Below are positions 63,859 to 64,000 of a stretch of DNA of 64,000 bases, piece after piece. The number at the start of each line of letters is the position of its first letter. The first letter of the stretch is position 1. Source of the DNA: Endomicrobiales bacterium (lineage in GTDB: Bacteria; Elusimicrobiota; Endomicrobiia; Endomicrobiales; CAWCFT01); the NCBI GenBank assembly GCA_963794945.1, contig CAWCFT010000003.1, forward strand, positions 1-64,000, read 5' to 3'. The position numbers and the translations under genes were made by a program. The notes beneath the pieces were generated by a model, which was given only the letters and a program-made list of their open reading frames with translations, ran no database searches and was not told the DNA's origin.

Positions 63859-64000
63859 TTACAACGCTCCGCTAGAGCCTCTGCCGCCGCTGCGGATAAA
63901 CTCCGGGTCGTGCGCCTTCGCCGCCGCGTCTTCGGGCGAAACCAGGCCTTCCTGAACAAGTGTAAGGAGCGCCCTGTCGAGGCTCACCATGCCGAACTTA
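63859..64000 (-). CDS. C-terminus of a PilT/PilU-family type IV pilus retraction ATPase (partial)
   Basis: Own translation: KFGMVSLDRALLTLVQEGLVSPEDAAAKAHDPEF...*, resembling the PilT tail GMxxLDxxLxxLVxxGxI. Confidence 0.7.
   Translation of the reverse strand, partial: KFGMVSLDRALLTLVQEGLVSPEDAAAKAHDPEFIRSGGRGSSGAL

Noticed and set aside
1..64000. About 20 frameshifts suggesting mass pseudogenisation or programmed frameshifting
   Set aside because: They are single-base indels that also hit essential genes (argS at the HIGH motif, gatC), both halves stay conserved, and no shared slippery motif was seen. This fits uncorrected long-read error; read polishing would confirm.

Overview
Bacterial chromosomal window, probably from an Elusimicrobiota-like lineage (inferred from gene families only). 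About 20 single-base frameshifts split genes, including essential ones (argS, gatC), so they are most likely long-read or assembly errors and split ORFs are joined here. Left half (1-28 kb): TetR/TolC/MFS efflux genes, argS, a ~2390-aa TPR-radical SAM/SPASM protein with a purine-rich mosaic tandem repeat, pcrA, gatCAB with an inserted class-A beta-lactamase-like gene, an Ldh_2 oxidoreductase, two paralogous type IV pilins, parAB and an O-antigen-ligase/TPR protein. Right half: a complete chemosensory operon (cheW, two solute-binding proteins, MCP, cheR, cheY, cheB, cheA, REC-PAS, an FtsA-like actin ATPase, two cheC, cheD, cheY, REC-TM-beta-propeller). Next are two tandem GEMM-I riboswitches, one with the A20 (cGAMP-type) and one with the G20 (c-di-GMP-type) discriminator, each with its own terminator. 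They lead an 18-kb gene run: a FlgD-Ig/T9SS-CTD-like protein, a PorV/PorQ-like barrel-TPR protein, a natural FliF(RBM3)-TM-FliG(M/C)-TPR fusion, giant coiled coils (one with an exact 61-aa period), a LysM lipoprotein and a second REC-like-TM-propeller protein. No other flagellar gene is in the window. This locus is the best candidate for an undescribed, chemotaxis-controlled envelope-spanning machine built from repurposed flagellar rotor parts. The window ends with rsfS, a cNMP-GAF protein and the 3' end of a pilT-like gene.
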